Shown: positions 60,666-64,000 of the stretch, piece by piece
How positions within the stretch are numbered: the stretch's first letter is position 1
Layout of the letters: each line of letters begins with the position of its first letter
Origin: Minisyncoccota bacterium
GTDB taxonomy: Bacteria; Patescibacteriota; Minisyncoccia; 2-02-FULL-40-12; GWA2-44-9
Direction of reading: 5' to 3'
DNA: 64,000 nucleotides
NCBI GenBank assembly: GCA_030583765.1
Contig: CP129474.1
Span: 521,348 to 585,347, forward strand
Translations under genes and position numbers: made by a program
Notes under the pieces: generated by a model
What the model was told of the DNA's origin: nothing
What the model saw: the letters and a program-made list of their open reading frames with translations, nothing else
The model's database searches: none

Positions 60666-62330
60666 TTGTACATTTTGTCTCTTATGTTCCACACTTTTCT
60701 CTCCAGAATTCGCGACTTTTTGCGCGCCGTATGGCCATGGATGAAGCTCCACCCATGGCGCTCTCTCGCTGGTGGGCTCTTTTTCCTCATCGTGCTTTCC
60801 ATGCTCAGTGGGGGGAATGAAGAGAGTAATGAAGGTCTTTTAGTAGTGCAGCGCGGCGATATTGTACAAGAGGTTAGCGTGACGGGTCGTGTTGAGGCTG
60901 CCGAAGCGGTAGATCTTGCTTTTGAACGATCAGGACGCGTCGTGAGTATTCCTGTCTCTGTGGGAGACTCGGTGCGCGCTGGCCAAGTGCTGGTGCGCAT
61001 GGACGGAGGCGAGCTTATTGCTCAGCGTCAGCGGGAGGTGGCAACAGTGAAAGCATCACAGGCGAAGCTCGATCAGTTGCTTGCAGGTAAGCGCACTGAA
61101 GATATCGATGTGCTCAAGACTGCGCTTGCGAACGCAGAGCGCACGCTTGCCGAAACGAAAGGATCGGGAACGTATAGCATTCTTTCCACTGCGATTCAGT
61201 CGGCATTAAATTCTTTTGAAACGTTCACTGATATTCAATATACCTACTTTGCCGGTTCGAGTGTCGACGCGGGTCCACTCGCGGATGCCAAGTCTACTGC
61301 ACTGCAGATGCTGGTTGGTGAGGGAAACCTTGGACGCACGCAGGCCTGGTACTTCCTTTCTCTTACCGGTGGCTTGCGAGGTCAGATTGTCGCCGCACAG
61401 CAGAGTAGTGATGTGACAATGTATCTTGAGCCAGTGCAACGTGCTGTGGAGGCGACGCAGCGCGCCCTGCAGCTTATGCAAGGGCGCCTCTCAAGCGCGC
61501 CAGATGTGACTTCAACGGATCGCGCACTCATTACGACCGAGCTCGAAGCAATCGCTGCGCAACTGAAGCTTGTGACAACCCAGCGCCAGTCCGTTGTTGC
61601 CGCAGAGAATGCTGTGCGCGATGCGCGTACACGCCTTACCCAAGGCGAGGCTCCCGCAGAATCTTTTGATGTGCAAGTGGCGCGCGCTCAATTGGAGCAG
61701 GCACAAGCCAACTTGGCACTCGTTGAAGCCCAGCTGAGCAAGTTCACGCTCGTTGCCCCATTTTCAGGCACCATCACATCTGTTGATGTTGAGCGTGGTC
61801 AGATTGTACAACCTCAAACGTCCGCAGTTTCACTCATTAGCGATGCACGCCTTGAAATCGAGGCTGCAATTTCCGAGGCTGATATCACGAAGGTGCAGAT
61901 TGGAGATGTGGCGCGCGTGGTTCTCGATGCATATGGCCAAGAGCGGCAGATCACTGCTCGTGTCGTGCATATTGATCCAGCCGCACAAGTTTTGGAAGGT
62001 GTCGCAACCTATCGCGTTACCCTGCAGTTCGACGAACAACATGACGATATCCTGCCGGGCCTTACTGCAGATCTTGATATCCAGACAGATGCACGTTCTG
62101 GTGTTCTTTTTGTGCCAACGCGCGATATTATTACGAAAGACGGCGTAAAGATGGTGCGCGTGCGCGTATCCGGTGACGTTTCGGAACGGTTCGCAGCGCT
62201 CACGCTTTCTGAAGAGCGCGGTGATGCGCGCATATTTGAAGTCCCGATCACTACTGGGCTCCGCGGCTCTGATGGCCGCACCGAAGTGCTGTCGGGTCTT
62301 GAAGAGGGAGACGTTATGCTCACTGATTAA
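60666..62330 (+). CDS. Efflux transporter periplasmic adaptor (HlyD/MacA-like membrane fusion protein) with long coiled-coil
   Basis: N-terminal TM helix, a biotinyl-lipoyl-like hairpin, an extended alpha-helical segment and a beta-barrel C-terminus. It precedes the ABC ATPase and permease. Confidence 0.8.
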   Translation: MYILSLMFHTFLSRIRDFLRAVWPWMKLHPWRSLAGGLFFLIVLSMLSGGNEESNEGLLVVQRGDIVQEVSVTGRVEAAEAVDLAFERSGRVVSIPVSVGDSVRAGQVLVRMDGGELIAQRQREVATVKASQAKLDQLLAGKRTEDIDVLKTALANAERTLAETKGSGTYSILSTAIQSALNSFETFTDIQYTYFAGSSVDAGPLADAKSTALQMLVGEGNLGRTQAWYFLSLTGGLRGQIVAAQQSSDVTMYLEPVQRAVEATQRALQLMQGRLSSAPDVTSTDRALITTELEAIAAQLKLVTTQRQSVVAAENAVRDARTRLTQGEAPAESFDVQVARAQLEQAQANLALVEAQLSKFTLVAPFSGTITSVDVERGQIVQPQTSAVSLISDARLEIEAAISEADITKVQIGDVARVVLDAYGQERQITARVVHIDPAAQVLEGVATYRVTLQFDEQHDDILPGLTADLDIQTDARSGVLFVPTRDIITKDGVKMVRVRVSGDVSERFAALTLSEERGDARIFEVPITTGLRGSDGRTEVLSGLEEGDVMLTD

Positions 62331-62336
62331 ACCACT

Positions 62337-63062
62337 ATGGCGGCACCCATCATTGAAGTTCGTGGTCTTGGAAAAGAGTATCGCGAACAAGATGTAACAA
62401 CGGTCGGTTTGGAGAGTGTTGACCTTGCTATCAAAGAAGGGGAGTTTGTGGCAATTGTTGGGCCCTCTGGCTCTGGAAAGTCGACACTCCTCCAGATACT
62501 TGGGTGCCTTGATCGTCCCACGAAGGGCACGTACCGCTTAGCGGGGAAGAATATTACTTCTTTTTCTGATGCGGAGCTGGCGCAAGTCCGCAACGAGATG
62601 CTCGGGTTTGTATTCCAGGCTTTCAACCTCATGCCCCGGCAATCAGTACTTGAAAACGTGAAGATGCCCCTTATCTACGCGGGCGTTCCTGAGCCTGTGC
62701 GTACACAGCGCGCTCAGGCGATGGTTGACCTTGTTGGTCTCACTAACCGTTCTGAATTTGCCGCCGCGAAGCTTTCGGGTGGGCAGAAGCAGCGTGTTGC
62801 TATCGCTCGCGCTTTAGTGAATGATCCGCGTGTTATTTTTGCGGATGAGCCAACGGGGAGCTTAGACTCTCGTTCTGGCGAGGTGATCATGCGATTCCTC
62901 CAAGACCTGAACGATCAGGGCAATACCATTGTGCTGGTGACGCATGAGTCATATGTGGCGATGGCGGCAAAACGAATGGTAACCATTCGTGACGGAGTCA
63001 TTGAGTCGGATGCCATTATTGATAAGCGGCGTATTATTGCCGAGCAGGGTTTTGAAAAATAA
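62337..63062 (+). CDS. ABC transporter ATP-binding protein (MacB/LolD-like)
   Basis: Walker [13 protein letters not shown] signature LSGGQKQR and Walker B VIFADEPT. Confidence 0.9.
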   Translation: MAAPIIEVRGLGKEYREQDVTTVGLESVDLAIKEGEFVAIVGPSGSGKSTLLQILGCLDRPTKGTYRLAGKNITSFSDAELAQVRNEMLGFVFQAFNLMPRQSVLENVKMPLIYAGVPEPVRTQRAQAMVDLVGLTNRSEFAAAKLSGGQKQRVAIARALVNDPRVIFADEPTGSLDSRSGEVIMRFLQDLNDQGNTIVLVTHESYVAMAAKRMVTIRDGVIESDAIIDKRRIIAEQGFEK

Positions 63063-63066
63063 CTCC

Positions 63067-63999
63067 ATGTTATTCCGCGATACACTATCCATGGCGCTTC
63101 GGGGGCTCTCGACACATAAGTCGCGCTCTTTCCTCACGATTTTAGGAATCGTTATTGGCATCTCATCGATTACGCTCGTTACCTCTATTGGGCAGAGCGC
63201 TGAGGGACTCATCTTGGGTGAGGTGCAGGGGCTTGGGGCGCAAAATGTATTTATTATTCCAGGCCGTGAGCCAAGTGGGCCGAATGGATTTGGTTTCACT
63301 ATTCTTGGTGACTCATTGAAGGAGCGCGATCTTGAAGCTCTGCGGAAGAAATCAAATGTACCCGATGCGACGCGCGTTGTGCCATTTGTATTTGGTCCCG
63401 CAGTTGCATCATATGGATCAGAAGCATTTACTGCGACAATTCTTGGCGGGACGGAAGACCTTGTGCCGCTCTACAATCTCGATCTCTCCGCGGGCATGAT
63501 GTTTGATGATTACGATGTGCGTGAGCGTTCGCAGGTTGCGGTCATCGGCAAAGACGTCGCAAAGGAATTATTCGGCTCATCTACGGCTATCGGAGAAAAG
63601 ATAAAGCTAAAAGATTCTTCGGTGCGCGTCATCGGCGTACTGGGCGACAAGGGGCAATCTCCTTTTGTTGATTTTGATGATGCAATTGTTATGCCGTACA
63701 CCACGGCGCAGACATATGTGCTTGGTTTTTCATACATTCAGCGTATCGCGGTCACTGCTTCAAGTCCGGAAACTATGGATGCAGTGGTTAAGGACATTGA
63801 GGCAACGCTTCGTGATATGCACAACATTACGGATCCAGAAAAGGATGACTTTTTTGTACAAACGCCAACTGAAATCGCTGATACGTTTAGCACTATCACG
63901 AGCGTTCTTACCCTGTTGCTCGCATCCGTCGCAGGCATCTCTCTTGTCGTGGGCGGTGTTGGTATTATGAATATCATGTTGGTGTCGGTGACGGAGCGT
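63067..63999 (+). CDS. ABC transporter permease, MacB/FtsX-like (3' end outside window)
   Basis: An open frame runs from ATG 63067 to the window end. It has an N-terminal TM helix, a large periplasmic domain and a start of the FtsX domain (...LVVGGVGIMNIMLVSVTER). Confidence 0.8.
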   Translation, partial: MLFRDTLSMALRGLSTHKSRSFLTILGIVIGISSITLVTSIGQSAEGLILGEVQGLGAQNVFIIPGREPSGPNGFGFTILGDSLKERDLEALRKKSNVPDATRVVPFVFGPAVASYGSEAFTATILGGTEDLVPLYNLDLSAGMMFDDYDVRERSQVAVIGKDVAKELFGSSTAIGEKIKLKDSSVRVIGVLGDKGQSPFVDFDDAIVMPYTTAQTYVLGFSYIQRIAVTASSPETMDAVVKDIEATLRDMHNITDPEKDDFFVQTPTEIADTFSTITSVLTLLLASVAGISLVVGGVGIMNIMLVSVTER

Positions 64000-64000
64000 A

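Overview
The window is a bacterial chromosomal segment with moderate GC. Its native genes mostly lack Shine-Dalgarno sequences. Several traits point to a Patescibacteria/CPR-like host, as an inference: a ribosomal spc-type operon without rpmD/L30, an unlinked 23S-5S rRNA pair with its own promoter, RNase J and RpoD with low-complexity N-terminal extensions, and a tRNA interrupted by a group I intron.

The native gene content runs in this order:
- L29 (partial), S17, L14, L24, L5, S14, S8, L6, L18, S5, L15, SecY, Adk and Map, followed by 23S and 5S rRNA.
- A hypothetical membrane protein, RodA/FtsW and a small hypothetical ORF.
- RpoB, RpoC, FtsK and RecA.
- On the minus strand, a hypothetical kinase-like protein, rpsR-ssb-rpsF and YchF.
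- A nucleotidyltransferase, TrpS, RNase J, tRNA-Leu, an Opp-like solute-binding protein, SecG, a DUF360 protein and UvrC.
- GroES/GroEL with a CIRCE-like element, LemA and HtpX.
- tRNA-Ser, a DnaQ-like exonuclease, DnaG, RpoD and an HNH nuclease.
- An intron-containing tRNA-Asn, an AT-rich islet, TspO and a CsoR-CopA copper cluster.
- An M23 peptidase, a TPR membrane protein, QueA, a GpsA-like dehydrogenase and a MacAB-like efflux set.

The outstanding signal is a set of eight small, self-contained expression cassettes that sit in intergenic gaps of this backbone. Seven are on the plus strand and one is on the minus strand. Each has the same build:
- a near-consensus sigma70 promoter (TTGACT/TTGACA/TTGAAG, 16-17 bp spacer, TATAAT-like -10);
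- a strong Shine-Dalgarno, in most cases the identical core AGGAGGTGGCA;
- one or two markedly GC-rich ORFs with G/C-saturated third codon positions;
- an intrinsic terminator.

Seven of the nine encoded proteins have no motif I can recognise. The other two are a NUDIX hydrolase and a DUF218/YdcF-like protein paired with a 2-TM partner. Taken together the cassettes look like foreign, possibly engineered or recently mobilised, cargo. They are the best candidate in this window for an undescribed, dispersed system.

Other notable items:
- tRNA-Asn(GUU) split by a 205-nt group I intron, next to a free-standing HNH nuclease.
- A 19-bp direct repeat of the tRNA-Ser 3' end flanking a 151-bp palindromic segment, read as an att-like integration scar.
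- An AT-rich islet downstream of tRNA-Asn.
- A perfect CsoR-operator-like palindrome.
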